A DNA stretch of 64,000 nucleotides. Source: Acidobacteriota bacterium. GTDB lineage: Bacteria; Acidobacteriota; UBA890; WLXD01. Position 1 is the stretch's first letter. Every line of letters starts with the position of its first letter. The notes under the pieces are model-generated. The model was not told where the DNA came from. It made no database searches and saw nothing but the letters and a program-made list of their open reading frames with translations. Shown here piece by piece: positions 45,844 to 55,971 of the stretch. The stretch is from NCBI GenBank assembly GCA_965248695.1, contig CBDFKD010000002.1:1792001-1856000 (forward strand). Direction: 5' to 3'. Both the position numbers and the translations under genes were made by a program.

Positions 45844-46755
45844 ATGACTCTGACCCAAAAGACGATTCGCCGCGAAGTGAGTTGCGCTGGCATCGGCTTG
45901 CATTGTGGCAAGCGCGTGGAGATGCGTTTGTTGCCGGCGGCGCCGGATACCGGCATTCGTTTTCGTCGCGTTGACCTGGACTGGCTCGAGATTCCGGTCT
46001 CGATCGACAACCTACACCGAACCAGCTTTGCCACGCAGCTGAGCCACAGCGATACATCGATCAATACGGTCGAGCATTTGCTGTCAGCCGCCAGCGGCCT
46101 GGGGGTGGACAACCTGGTTGTCGAGGTGGCCGGTGAAGAAGTTCCCATCATGGACGGATCCGCCGCACCGTTCGTCTATCTGTTGCATGAGGCCGGGCTC
46201 CGACGACAGCAGGCGGCGCGCAAGTTCATCAAGATCGTAGAGCCGCTACGCGTCGACGAGGACGACAAATTCATCGCCATATACCCGGCAGAGCGACTGA
46301 AAGTCTCCTATACGATCGACTTCGACCATCCGCTCATCGGCGTACAGCGTGAGACATTCGTCATCACACCGCGCACCTTCACCGAGCAAATTGCGCCTGC
46401 CCGCACCTTCGGCTTCCTGAAGGACGTCGAGACGATGCGCGGCCTGGGCCTGGCACTGGGCGGATCGATCGAAAACGCCGTCGTCGTCGGCGAGAACTCG
46501 ATCCTCAACCCGCAGCTCCGGTTCCCCGACGAGTTCGTTCGTCACAAGATCCTCGACGTTATTGGCGACCTGACGCTGCTGGGCCGCCCTTTGCTCGGCC
46601 ACGTCGTCGCGTATCGTGCCGGACACCGGTTACACGCCGCGCTGGTCGACAAGATCCGCACCGAGCGTGCAGCTTCACAGGTCGTCACCTGGGACGACAT
46701 CGTGTACGGGCTCGCGGCCCGGCGACCCGTGGCACTGGCGGCCGCCCCGGCCTGA
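45844..46755 (+). CDS. lpxC: UDP-3-O-acyl-N-acetylglucosamine deacetylase LpxC
   Basis: QKTI, GIGLH, TVEHLLSA, EVPIMDGSA, IAPARTFGF, DEFVRHKILDVIGDL, AGH. Confidence 0.97.
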   Translation: MTLTQKTIRREVSCAGIGLHCGKRVEMRLLPAAPDTGIRFRRVDLDWLEIPVSIDNLHRTSFATQLSHSDTSINTVEHLLSAASGLGVDNLVVEVAGEEVPIMDGSAAPFVYLLHEAGLRRQQAARKFIKIVEPLRVDEDDKFIAIYPAERLKVSYTIDFDHPLIGVQRETFVITPRTFTEQIAPARTFGFLKDVETMRGLGLALGGSIENAVVVGENSILNPQLRFPDEFVRHKILDVIGDLTLLGRPLLGHVVAYRAGHRLHAALVDKIRTERAASQVVTWDDIVYGLAARRPVALAAAPA

Positions 46756-46868
46756 GCGGCAGACTTCCCCCAAAGTTCCGCCGCGGCCTGCTAGCATTGC
46801 CGGGTTAGAGTGGCCACCCCCTTCCCTGAACCGGGAGACTCGCGCTCCGCTCCAGGTCCCGCCACGCG

Positions 46869-49106
46869 ATGATCCACAGCACAGCAGCCGATCGACAACG
46901 CCGCGCGCGCCATCGCACCCTGATCGTCATCGGTCTGGTGCTTGTCGTGGCAACGTTCATCGCCGTCGAGATCGCCCTGCAGCAGTCCACCGACAGCTGG
47001 CTGCCGGTGTCGAACACGGTGCTGATCCACGCCATCACTGTAATCAACATCGTGCTCTTGCTGGTTCTTCTGCTGGTGCTGGGCCGGAACCTGATCAAGC
47101 TCTACGTCGATCGCCGCCACCGGAAGCTCGGCTCCAGATTCCAGACCAAGCTAATGGCGACCTACGTCGGCTTGTCGCTCGTGCCTACCATCATCCTCTT
47201 TCTCGTCGGCAGCGACTTCATCCAGAAGAGCGTCGATCGATGGTTTTCCAAGGAGGTCACGTCCGTCCATCAGCGCGCTCGTGACCTCGTGCGCGAGGCT
47301 TCCGAGGTCCAGCAACAACAATTGCTCGACATCGGTGCGGCATTTGCCGACGAGATCACCACGGGGCGCCTGTTTCCGAACGAGGCCTGGCAGCTCCTGA
47401 GCCGTGAAATGGGGCGCAAGCTGGAGCTCGCTTACCTCGACATCGACGCCGTGGCCATCTATCGGGACGCGGAGCAGCCGCATGCGCCGGTACTGCGCGC
47501 CGACAGCTTCCTGCAGGGGCGCGAATACCTCCTCAACATTCCGAGCACCTCGATTCTGATGGGTATGTCGGGACAGCCCTTCCGCCACGACACCGAGATC
47601 GAAGGCGGCAACCGACTGGTGCTCGCTGGTGTCCCTATCTACGCGCCCTCCGACCGTCAGGTCGACGGGGTTCTGGTAGTAGCGCGGGTAATCGATGGGG
47701 CGCTGGCAGCGGAGCTCGCTTCGGTCCTCGAGATCTACGCCGACTACACGCAGGGCATCGAGGAAAAGGAACCCATCACCAACGCCTACATCCTCACCTT
47801 CCTGCTACTGAGCCTGCTGATCGTATTCGGCGCGGTCTGGCTCGGGCTGTATCTGGCAAAGGGGGTGACGGGGCCGATACGGAGTCTCTCGGAAGGTACC
47901 CGCGCGGTCGCCGCTGGCAACCTCGATTATCGGGTACAGGTCGAGACCAACGATGAGCTCGGAGCGCTGGTGGAGTCATTCAACCGCATGACCGGGGATC
48001 TCGCGGTCAGCCAGCACAACTTGGAACAATCTCGAACCGAGCTCGAGGGCAGCATCGGCGAGCTCGAGGAGCGTCGCGGTTACATGGAGTCGGTGCTGGC
48101 GAACATCGCCACCGGCGTAGCCTCGATGAACTCCGACGGGCAAATCACGACGTTCAATCGTGCCGCCGCCGACATGCTCGGTATCGACGCCCCGGCGGCC
48201 GTAGGCAGGCCGTACGGAGAGGTGTTCGCGGGCGACAGCTTCACCGAGCTACGGACGCTCATCCGCCACGCGCGCCCGCGGCTGGCGGCGGTCGAAGAGG
48301 AGCTCAAGGTCGAGGCCGCCGGCGAGCGTCTGACGCTGGCGGTGCACTGTTCGAGCCTGCGCGACAAATCGAGCGACTATCTCGGAACGGTCGTGGTGCT
48401 CGATGACCTCACCGGTCGGATTCGAGCTCAGAAAGTCGCCGCGTGGCGTGAGGTGGCGCGCCGGATAGCGCATGAGATCCGCAATCCGTTGACGCCCATC
48501 CAGCTGTCAGCCCAGCGGATCGCCAGACGCTACAAACGCGCCGCCGGAGCCGAGGACGAGTACGCCGTCATCGACGAAGGGACGCGCACGATCCTCCAGG
48601 AGGTCGGCACGCTGAAGGCCCTGGTCGACGAATTCAGCCGTTTCGCGCGCATGCCCTCTGCCAACCCCGTGGCTTCCGATCTGCACCAGATCCTGGACGA
48701 CAGCCTGCTTACGTACCCTGAGCTTCATCCGGAGCTCGAGATCAAACGCCGCTTCGCTGACGACGTGCCCCCGCTGCAACTGGATCCAGACCAGATGCGG
48801 CGAGCGTTCACCAATCTCTACGACAATGCGATCAAGGCGATGTCAGGTAATGGACAGTTGAATGTCACCACGGTTTTCGACGCCGACCTGGAGGTGGTGC
48901 GAGTCGAGGTGGCCGACAACGGCCCCGGGATCCGGCCGGAAGACAAGGATCGTCTATTCGTCCCCTATTTCTCGCGTGAGCGCGACGGGACCGGATTGGG
49001 CCTCGCAATCGTGCGCCAAATCGTCTCGGATCACCGCGGCTACATACGCGTCGTCGACAACGTGCCGCACGGCGCTACCTTTGTCGTCGAGTTGCCGACC
49101 AGCTGA
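46869..49106 (+). CDS. NtrY-like membrane sensor histidine kinase (HAMP-PAS-HisKA)
   Basis: LGSRFQTKL, SVDRWF, HAMP DELGALVESFNRM, AWREVARRIAHEIRNPLTPIQLSAQR, GTGLGLAIV. Confidence 0.9.
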   Translation: MIHSTAADRQRRARHRTLIVIGLVLVVATFIAVEIALQQSTDSWLPVSNTVLIHAITVINIVLLLVLLLVLGRNLIKLYVDRRHRKLGSRFQTKLMATYVGLSLVPTIILFLVGSDFIQKSVDRWFSKEVTSVHQRARDLVREASEVQQQQLLDIGAAFADEITTGRLFPNEAWQLLSREMGRKLELAYLDIDAVAIYRDAEQPHAPVLRADSFLQGREYLLNIPSTSILMGMSGQPFRHDTEIEGGNRLVLAGVPIYAPSDRQVDGVLVVARVIDGALAAELASVLEIYADYTQGIEEKEPITNAYILTFLLLSLLIVFGAVWLGLYLAKGVTGPIRSLSEGTRAVAAGNLDYRVQVETNDELGALVESFNRMTGDLAVSQHNLEQSRTELEGSIGELEERRGYMESVLANIATGVASMNSDGQITTFNRAAADMLGIDAPAAVGRPYGEVFAGDSFTELRTLIRHARPRLAAVEEELKVEAAGERLTLAVHCSSLRDKSSDYLGTVVVLDDLTGRIRAQKVAAWREVARRIAHEIRNPLTPIQLSAQRIARRYKRAAGAEDEYAVIDEGTRTILQEVGTLKALVDEFSRFARMPSANPVASDLHQILDDSLLTYPELHPELEIKRRFADDVPPLQLDPDQMRRAFTNLYDNAIKAMSGNGQLNVTTVFDADLEVVRVEVADNGPGIRPEDKDRLFVPYFSRERDGTGLGLAIVRQIVSDHRGYIRVVDNVPHGATFVVELPTS

Positions 49107-49115
49107 GCCGCGACG

Positions 49116-50492
49116 GTGAGCGAGTCTGGTCGGATTCTGGTCGTCGACGACGAGCCCAATGTGCGCGCCACGCTGAAGGGCGTGCTCGGCGACGAAGGAT
49201 ACGAGGTCGTCGCAGTCGGCAGCGGCGAGGAGAGTCTAGCGGAGCTCGGGCGCGGTGACTACGACCTCGTTCTGCTCGACATCTGGCTACCGGCGATGGA
49301 TGGGCTCGAGGTCCTCGAGCAGATCGGTGGCGCGAACACCGAGTGCGAGGTGGTGATGATCTCCGGGCACGGAAGCATCGACGCCGCGGTCAAGTCGACC
49401 AAGCTCGGGGCGTTCGACTTCATCGAGAAGCCGCTATCTCTCGACCGCGTGCTGCTAGTGGTTGCGAACGCGGTACGACAGCGGCGGCTGGTGCGCGAAA
49501 ACTTGGAGCTGCGAGCCGAGGTCAGCGGTCGCGTCGACATCGTCGGCGACAGTGAACAGATCGTAGCGCTGCGCCGGCAAGTTGATCGAGCCGCACCGAG
49601 CAACGGACGCGTCCTGATCTTCGGCGAGAACGGCACCGGCAAGGAGCTCGTGGCGCGGCGAATTCATGCGCTTTCGAACCGACACGCGGCGCCGTTCGTC
49701 GAAGTGAACTGTGCCGCGATCCCGGACGAGCTCATCGAGAGTGAGCTCTTCGGCCACGTGAAAGGCGCCTTTACCGGTGCGGTTGCCGACAAGGCGGGGA
49801 AATTCGAGCTCGCCGACGGCGGCACGCTATTTCTCGACGAGGTCGGCGACATGAGCCTCAAGACCCAGGCCAAGGTGCTTCGCGTGCTCGAGGAACAGCG
49901 CTTCCAGCCGCTGGGCTCGAACAACACGTTGGACGTCGATGTGCGGGTCATCGCCGCAACAAACAAGGACCTCAGCGCGGCGATCGCGGACGGCTCTTTC
50001 CGTGAAGACCTCTACTACCGTCTCAACGTCATCCCGTTCCATGTACCGCCGTTGCGCGCCCGACGCGACGACATACCGCTGCTGGCTGATCGCTTCCTGC
50101 GGGACCTGGGAACGGAGTACCAGCGAACCCCGAAGCGCTTGAGTCAAGAGGCGGTTGCGTTGTTAGTGAGCCATCGATGGCCGGGCAACGTCCGGGAACT
50201 GCGCAATGTCTGTGAGCGCGCGGTGATCATGGCGGCGACAGATGTGATCACGGACTCGGACGTCGAAACGATGGTTGAAGAGCCGCTCACGGCATCGTCA
50301 GCGCTCGATCAGGACCTCTCGTTGCGGGCTGCCCGCGAGATCTTCGAACGCCGATTGATCATGGCGAAGCTACGCGAGTTCGGCGGCAGCGTTCGTCAGG
50401 CGGCTGGCGCGCTGGGCATCGAACGCAGCCATCTGTATCGCAAGCTGAAAGCCTACGGAATCGATCCGACGGAGACCGTCAACGGTACCTGA
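49116..50492 (+). CDS. NtrX-like sigma-54 response regulator
   Basis: ILVVDDE, LLDIWLP, MISGHG, FIEKP, GENGTGKE, GAFTGA, HTH IERSHLYRKL. Confidence 0.92.
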   Translation: MSESGRILVVDDEPNVRATLKGVLGDEGYEVVAVGSGEESLAELGRGDYDLVLLDIWLPAMDGLEVLEQIGGANTECEVVMISGHGSIDAAVKSTKLGAFDFIEKPLSLDRVLLVVANAVRQRRLVRENLELRAEVSGRVDIVGDSEQIVALRRQVDRAAPSNGRVLIFGENGTGKELVARRIHALSNRHAAPFVEVNCAAIPDELIESELFGHVKGAFTGAVADKAGKFELADGGTLFLDEVGDMSLKTQAKVLRVLEEQRFQPLGSNNTLDVDVRVIAATNKDLSAAIADGSFREDLYYRLNVIPFHVPPLRARRDDIPLLADRFLRDLGTEYQRTPKRLSQEAVALLVSHRWPGNVRELRNVCERAVIMAATDVITDSDVETMVEEPLTASSALDQDLSLRAAREIFERRLIMAKLREFGGSVRQAAGALGIERSHLYRKLKAYGIDPTETVNGT

Positions 50493-50584
50493 TAGCCGAC
50501 CGCGGGGCGCATTCAGGTGACCAAACGTAGCCAGAATCACTGCGTTCACAAACGCTGTTTTGCACAACAATGAGCACTCGTGCG

Positions 50585-50614
50585 TTGACCGTACCTTGCT
50601 GCTGTTGCTAGCAT
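50585..50614 (+). promoter_or_regulatory. Putative sigma-70 promoter
   Basis: TTGACC-N18-TAGCAT with extended -10 TG. Confidence 0.45.
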
Positions 50615-50658
50615 CGGGGATGGGGCGGACAACTTATTAGCGGGAGGCGACGCTCGGG

Positions 50659-51714
50659 GTGGAGCGTGACCCGTTGAAATGTCCGAAATGTGACCTGGTC
50701 ACGTTCGATCATTTGCCGCGATGCCCGTCGTGTAATGTCTCTTTTCGGCTGAACCGCGTGCTGACCCGGCGACGGCGCGATCCGAATCGGCGGATCTACT
50801 TGCCGGTTCCGCCACCACCGGCTCAGGGTACCGATGCGGTCGAAGTGGCAGAGCCGATGGTCGAACCGCGGCCTCGAGAGCTCACCGCGCTGCACCATCA
50901 ACAGCTGCCGCTGTTGGCCTGCGACGAGCCGGCAGCCGTTGAGCCTGTTGCCGCTGTACCTGTCGCCACTGAACTTGCGGCCGTCGAGCCTGCTGTCATT
51001 GAACCCCCGACTGCCGGGCCCGCGGGCGCTGAACGTGTCGTCGCTGAACCCGCGACCCCAGAGCGCGCGGTCGCCGAACCTAGGTTCGTTGGGGCGATTG
51101 TTGCCGAACCCACGGCCATCGAGGCCGTTGTCGCCGAGGCCATTGTTGCCGAACCCGCGGCAATCGAGGCAGTCGCCGCCGAACCGGCGGTTATCGAGAT
51201 CGTCGTCACCGAACCCGCGACCGCGGAGCATGACGTGCACGTCCAGGGGACACTCGGGGTGCCCGAAATCGATGTGGTGGCCCTACCCGCGGCCACCGAT
51301 CCAGTGGGTGCGGTCGCAGCGGGCGAGCTCCAACTACCTGAGCCAACCGAAGCGTCCGGTTTCGCGGCCGCCGCCGACATAGCGGGCAATGATACGAACG
51401 AGGAACGCCATCTGAGCCTGAGCCAACTGGCGGCGGCAGAGCGGCGAAGCGCTCTTGCTAGCGCACCCAGCCGTGGCGTCAGGGCCACGCGCTCGGCACC
51501 GTCGGCACCGTCGGAACCGCCGAGAGCGGATGCGCACAGTCAGGACGCTCAACAGCTGAAGGAACGTATGATGCGCGCCAGCCGGGCCAGGCGAAGACGC
51601 CGACCCGACCTGATAGCCGAGACAGTCGACCCGGCGTTGCCGGGATGGTACGAACCAGGTATCGAGAATCCCGTCGCAGAGCCCGTCACGGCGGGTCGGA
51701 CGTCGGACCGATGA
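50659..51714 (+). CDS. Hypothetical protein: N-terminal zinc ribbon plus Ala/Glu/Pro repeats
   Basis: KCPKC...RCPSC; VVAEPAAIE-like repeats; SD GGAGG before GTG. Confidence 0.65.
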   Translation: MERDPLKCPKCDLVTFDHLPRCPSCNVSFRLNRVLTRRRRDPNRRIYLPVPPPPAQGTDAVEVAEPMVEPRPRELTALHHQQLPLLACDEPAAVEPVAAVPVATELAAVEPAVIEPPTAGPAGAERVVAEPATPERAVAEPRFVGAIVAEPTAIEAVVAEAIVAEPAAIEAVAAEPAVIEIVVTEPATAEHDVHVQGTLGVPEIDVVALPAATDPVGAVAAGELQLPEPTEASGFAAAADIAGNDTNEERHLSLSQLAAAERRSALASAPSRGVRATRSAPSAPSEPPRADAHSQDAQQLKERMMRASRARRRRRPDLIAETVDPALPGWYEPGIENPVAEPVTAGRTSDR

Positions 51715-51738
51715 AGCCATTGCGAAGGAGGGGTCCCG

Positions 51739-54021
51739 GTGTCACGGACCGGTTCTGACCGCGAAGCAGCCGACTCGACGCCAGCAGTCACATCCACCAC
51801 ACAGGATAGTGAGGAGCTGGAGCTGTCATCGGCAGATCCGTTCTCCGGTACACCGGCGGACGGAGGTCCGCCTTTCGGTGATTGGCGTCAGCAACTCCGT
51901 GATCGGGTGCGGGAGATTCGCGCCCGCAAGCTGGTAGACAAGCGTCCGATCGAGCGCGGGGCGGGCGCGCTGGGCGGACCCGCTGACGCGGCACGCGATG
52001 AGAAGCTCCCGACCGCCCGCGAGCACGCTGCGATGATTCACGAGGATTCGGAGCCGAGCTCGTCCGCGGCCGAGGCTGTGACCGAGCCAGCCGCAACCCC
52101 AGAGGCTGCGCCAGACGATCTAGCGAACCTCATGGAGGCACTCCTGAATCCCCCTGAGGGTCTCGAGCCGCTGATCGAGCCGCCGGCCGAAGCCACCGCA
52201 CGCGAGACCGAGGATTGGTCCGGTGAGTGGCAGGCAAGCGCCAGGCCGGACGAAGATGGAACCGGGGAATGGCAAGCCAGCACGTCAACGGAAGATGCGG
52301 GAGCGGCCGATTGGCAGGCCGCCACGTCGCTAGACGATGAGGGGCCGCCTGATTGGCAGGCCAGCACGCCACAGGACGACAAGGGAGTCAGCGAGTGGCA
52401 GGCGACCACCGGGCCCTCGCTCGACGACCTTCCGGTCGAGTCACCAGCGAGCGTCGCGGCGGCGAACCTGACGGAGTTGGCACCCTCCGACGCGCAGGCG
52501 AGCGAGGACTTAGCGGACGTATCCGAGTTCGGCGACGCGCCGCAGACCGAGAAAACCGAGTTGCCTGATCCTCTTGACCCAACTGCCCCACCGGACGCCG
52601 CCGCCGTGCCGTTGTTCCAAGACGACGCGCAACTCATCGACGATAATCCGTTGAGCGAGATCGCCGAAGCGCCGGCGGAGTCTGCTTCAGCTGAACCGGT
52701 CGCGCCCCTACAGGCGACACCGCCTCTCGACGGTTTTCGCACCGAGATACCGGCCTGGTCGAAGCTGGAAGCGCCCGGCGAGTCGTTACCACCGGCCGCG
52801 CAGCCACCGCCACCGGCGGATCTTGCAGCGATCCCGGACGAGCTCGCCGAGATCGACATCCCGGCCTGGGCGGTGCCGCGTCAGCGCGACGACACGGAGG
52901 GCGGCTCCTTCGCTACGAGCACGCCGGGACAGCTCAACGCCGAAGCGCTGCTTGCCGGCGACCCCCTCGAGCGTGCTGCGGCGACACGAGACCCGCATCG
53001 GCGACCGAGGCCCGAAGCAACAGCGACGCCGGAACCGAGTCCCCGGCCGCCGACTGTCCCAGACCGAGGAGCACCGGCGAACGAGGCCACGAACAACCGC
53101 CTGGCGCGGGCCGACGTCCATCTCATAGGCGAATACTCTGCCGGCACCACGCCAGCGTCGCAGTCTGGCCTCGGAGATCCTGCCAAGACGGCAGCACCAC
53201 CGCCGTCGGCCGACACTGCACCTGTTTCTACAGCGACCAGTGCCCCCGTGACCGAACCGCAACCCACCGCAGCCGAGTCGGTAACCATACCCGAGCCGGT
53301 CGTCTCCGCCCCAAAGTGGCCGTCTGCGTTCGAGCCCAACGTTGCGTCCGAGACACCGCCCGCTGTCGACCACGCGGCGACCATGTCGGGCTCTGCCGAA
53401 ACTCAGGATGACAGCGAGCCCCGGTTCCCCGGCCTGTTCGATCCGGTCCACCGCACGTCGACGCCCGAGGTCGCACCAATCGAAACGGACAACCTACCAA
53501 CACCGACACAACGAGAGTCGCAACCGGCGACGGACACGGCAATGGAATGGGACCTTGAAGCACCCTCGGACCCCGACACGATCCTCGACGCTCAGCGCGA
53601 CCCGATGGACCCGACCGCACCGATGTCCGATCGGGTGTTCTCAGCCCTTGCCGACGCGCTGGTGCTAACGACGATTGCCGTGGTGCTGATGGTCGGCGGA
53701 GCAAGCGTGGCCGGTACCGGCGCCCTGTCGTTCGTACAAGCGGCGCCCGTCCCGTTCGCAGGCGCGTGGCTGATCTTCGGTCTCGGTTACGGGATCTTCT
53801 TTGTCGGCACTTGCGGCCAGACGCTCGGCAAGATGGCGATGCGGATACGGGTGATCGGATCGAACCGCTTCCGCGTAGGTTATGGCAAGGCCACGATTCG
53901 GACGCTCAGCTATGCAGCGGCGATGCTCCCCGTCGGGCTCGGGCTGGTCCTGGCGCTGAAGGACGTGGAGCATCGCGCTCTCCACGACCGGCTCAGCGGC
54001 ACGCGGGTGGTGAAGGCCTAG
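51739..54021 (+). CDS. RDD-family membrane protein with long acidic disordered N-terminus
   Basis: C-terminal APMSDRVFSALAD, GQTLGKMAMRIRV, RALHDRLSGTRVV; SD AAGGAGG. Confidence 0.82.
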   Translation: MSRTGSDREAADSTPAVTSTTQDSEELELSSADPFSGTPADGGPPFGDWRQQLRDRVREIRARKLVDKRPIERGAGALGGPADAARDEKLPTAREHAAMIHEDSEPSSSAAEAVTEPAATPEAAPDDLANLMEALLNPPEGLEPLIEPPAEATARETEDWSGEWQASARPDEDGTGEWQASTSTEDAGAADWQAATSLDDEGPPDWQASTPQDDKGVSEWQATTGPSLDDLPVESPASVAAANLTELAPSDAQASEDLADVSEFGDAPQTEKTELPDPLDPTAPPDAAAVPLFQDDAQLIDDNPLSEIAEAPAESASAEPVAPLQATPPLDGFRTEIPAWSKLEAPGESLPPAAQPPPPADLAAIPDELAEIDIPAWAVPRQRDDTEGGSFATSTPGQLNAEALLAGDPLERAAATRDPHRRPRPEATATPEPSPRPPTVPDRGAPANEATNNRLARADVHLIGEYSAGTTPASQSGLGDPAKTAAPPPSADTAPVSTATSAPVTEPQPTAAESVTIPEPVVSAPKWPSAFEPNVASETPPAVDHAATMSGSAETQDDSEPRFPGLFDPVHRTSTPEVAPIETDNLPTPTQRESQPATDTAMEWDLEAPSDPDTILDAQRDPMDPTAPMSDRVFSALADALVLTTIAVVLMVGGASVAGTGALSFVQAAPVPFAGAWLIFGLGYGIFFVGTCGQTLGKMAMRIRVIGSNRFRVGYGKATIRTLSYAAAMLPVGLGLVLALKDVEHRALHDRLSGTRVVKA
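52213..52425 (+). repeat. Five 42-nt (14-aa) degenerate tandem repeats with a WQA core
   Basis: TGGCARGC at 52228, 52270, 52312, 52354 and 52396. Confidence 0.8.
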
Positions 54022-54047
54022 CTCGCGCTACTGGCCTTTGGCAGGCC

Positions 54048-55625
54048 CTAGTGTCGGAAGTGCCGGGTGCCTGTGTGCACGAGGACGAGGTCCGCAGCGT
54101 TGGCGGCAGCGATAACCTCGTCGTCGCGCTTCGAGCCACCGGGTTGGACAATCGCCACGATGCCGGCTTCCGCCAGCGCCTCCAGACCGTCAGCGAACGG
54201 AAAGAACGCGTCGGAGGCAGCACCGGCACCCGCCAATTCGTGACCTGCCGCCAGGGCCTTCAAGACGGCGAAGCGACAAGAATCGACGCGGCTCATCTGT
54301 CCCGCACCGACGCCGAGCAGCTGGCCGGAGCGTCCGACGACGATGGCATTGGACTTCACCGCGACTACAAGTCCCCACAAGAAACGCAGATCCGCGTCCT
54401 GCTCGGGTGTGGGCTGCCGCCGACTGACGACCTCCCAGCGATCGGCCAACGTCGCGTCGCGCCCCTGCACCAGTAGACCGCCGGAGACCTGGCGAAGCTC
54501 GGCGAGGGCGATGATGTCGTCTCCCGGTCCGGGAGCTCGGAGCAGGCGAAGATCCGGCTTGGAGCTCAGCAAGCGCAATGCTCCCGCGTCGAAATCGGGC
54601 GCAATAACGACCTCGATGAACGTTGCAGCGATCTCCTCGGCGGTTGCGGTATCGACGCTGCAGTTGAGTCCAACGATGCCGCCGAACGCCGACGTCGGAT
54701 CGGTAGCGCGGGCGCGCGAATAGGCCTCAGCCGGGAGCTCTCCGATCGCGGCGCCACACGGGTTCGCATGCTTGATAATCGCAACGCCTGGCGACGGAAG
54801 GGACCACGCGAGCTGCCAGGCGGTATCGGCGTCCAGGTAGTTGTTGAACGACAGCTCCTTACCCTGGAGTTGATCCGCCGCCAATAGACCGACAGCCATC
54901 GTGTTCGAATCGGCGTAAACCGCTGCCGCCTGATGTGGATTCTCGCCGTAGCGCAGAGTTGCCCGGCGCCGATAAACGAGCGCCAGGGTCTCCGGGTGCG
55001 GTGTGCGGGTGGGAGACGATTCGAGATCGGCGGTCGCCGCATCGATGGCACACAGGTAGTTGCAGATGGCGGCCTCGTAGCTGGCGGTGTGCTCGACCGC
55101 CTTGCGGGCCCAGTCTAGCCGCTGGGCCAACGTGATCTCCCCGGCTTCGATCGCCTCCAGGACGGAGTCGTAGTCGTGGGGATCGACCGTCACGACAACG
55201 CCGGGGAGGTTCTTGTAGGCGGCGCGCAGCAGGCTCACACCGCCGATATCGGTCTGCTCGAGCGCGTCGATCAGCCGATGCTCCGGCGCCGCCACCGTCG
55301 AGCGGAACGGGTACAGGTTGACGACCACGAGGTCGATGGCGTCGATGCCAGCCGCAGCGATCTCCTGCATCTGGGCGTCATCTTCGCGGCGGGCCAGAAT
55401 GCCGGCGAAGACGACTGGTTGGAGCGTCTTGACACGCCCGCCGATCATTTCCCCCTGTCCGGTAACCTCTTCCAAGGGTGTGACGTTCAGGCCGGCCTCG
55501 ATCAGATGCTTGGCGGTGCCGCCGGTGGAGATCAAGCGCACGCCATGGCGAACGAGGCCGGTGGCGAAGTCCACCAGGCCCGTCTTGTCGTAGACCGACA
55601 AGAGCGCCGTTCGGATCGTGCTCAC
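54048..55625 (-). CDS. purH: Bifunctional AICAR transformylase/IMP cyclohydrolase
   Basis: [63 protein letters not shown]. Confidence 0.97.
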   Translation of the reverse strand: MSTIRTALLSVYDKTGLVDFATGLVRHGVRLISTGGTAKHLIEAGLNVTPLEEVTGQGEMIGGRVKTLQPVVFAGILARREDDAQMQEIAAAGIDAIDLVVVNLYPFRSTVAAPEHRLIDALEQTDIGGVSLLRAAYKNLPGVVVTVDPHDYDSVLEAIEAGEITLAQRLDWARKAVEHTASYEAAICNYLCAIDAATADLESSPTRTPHPETLALVYRRRATLRYGENPHQAAAVYADSNTMAVGLLAADQLQGKELSFNNYLDADTAWQLAWSLPSPGVAIIKHANPCGAAIGELPAEAYSRARATDPTSAFGGIVGLNCSVDTATAEEIAATFIEVVIAPDFDAGALRLLSSKPDLRLLRAPGPGDDIIALAELRQVSGGLLVQGRDATLADRWEVVSRRQPTPEQDADLRFLWGLVVAVKSNAIVVGRSGQLLGVGAGQMSRVDSCRFAVLKALAAGHELAGAGAASDAFFPFADGLEALAEAGIVAIVQPGGSKRDDEVIAAANAADLVLVHTGTRHFRH

Positions 55626-55689
55626 CACGTCCGCTCCGGCATTCGTCTGTTCCTCGGTGTCGCGCCTCGAGCGGACGACGACTCGCTGC

Positions 55690-55971
55690 TCAGATCCACT
55701 CGATGCTCCGCACCAGGTCGTTGCCGAGAGCCCCACGCAGCTTCGCGAGCATCGCCGGCTCCAGTTCCTTCAGGCTGTCGCGCCATCGGGCGTCGTCGAC
55801 CTCAACCGTCAGCACACCGTCTTCGATCGATCGGGCAAATGCGTGCTGCGACACCGGATCCCCTGCCACAGTCTTCCACGCGCGCTCGACGATCTTCCAA
55901 CGTAGCTCGGGATCATCGGTCCAGCGCGACACGAGACCGGGCAGCCCGGTGCCTACCCGTTGAAAGGTCAT
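55690..55971 (-). CDS. DUF721 / DciA-like protein
   Basis: WKTVAGDPVSQH..SIEDGVLTVEVDDARWRDSL; ATGA overlap with queA. Confidence 0.75.
   Translation of the reverse strand: MTFQRVGTGLPGLVSRWTDDPELRWKIVERAWKTVAGDPVSQHAFARSIEDGVLTVEVDDARWRDSLKELEPAMLAKLRGALGNDLVRSIEWI

Noticed and set aside
52213-52425. CRISPR-like periodicity
   Set aside because: The period is a multiple of 3, repeats are degenerate and in-frame within a CDS, and no cas genes are present
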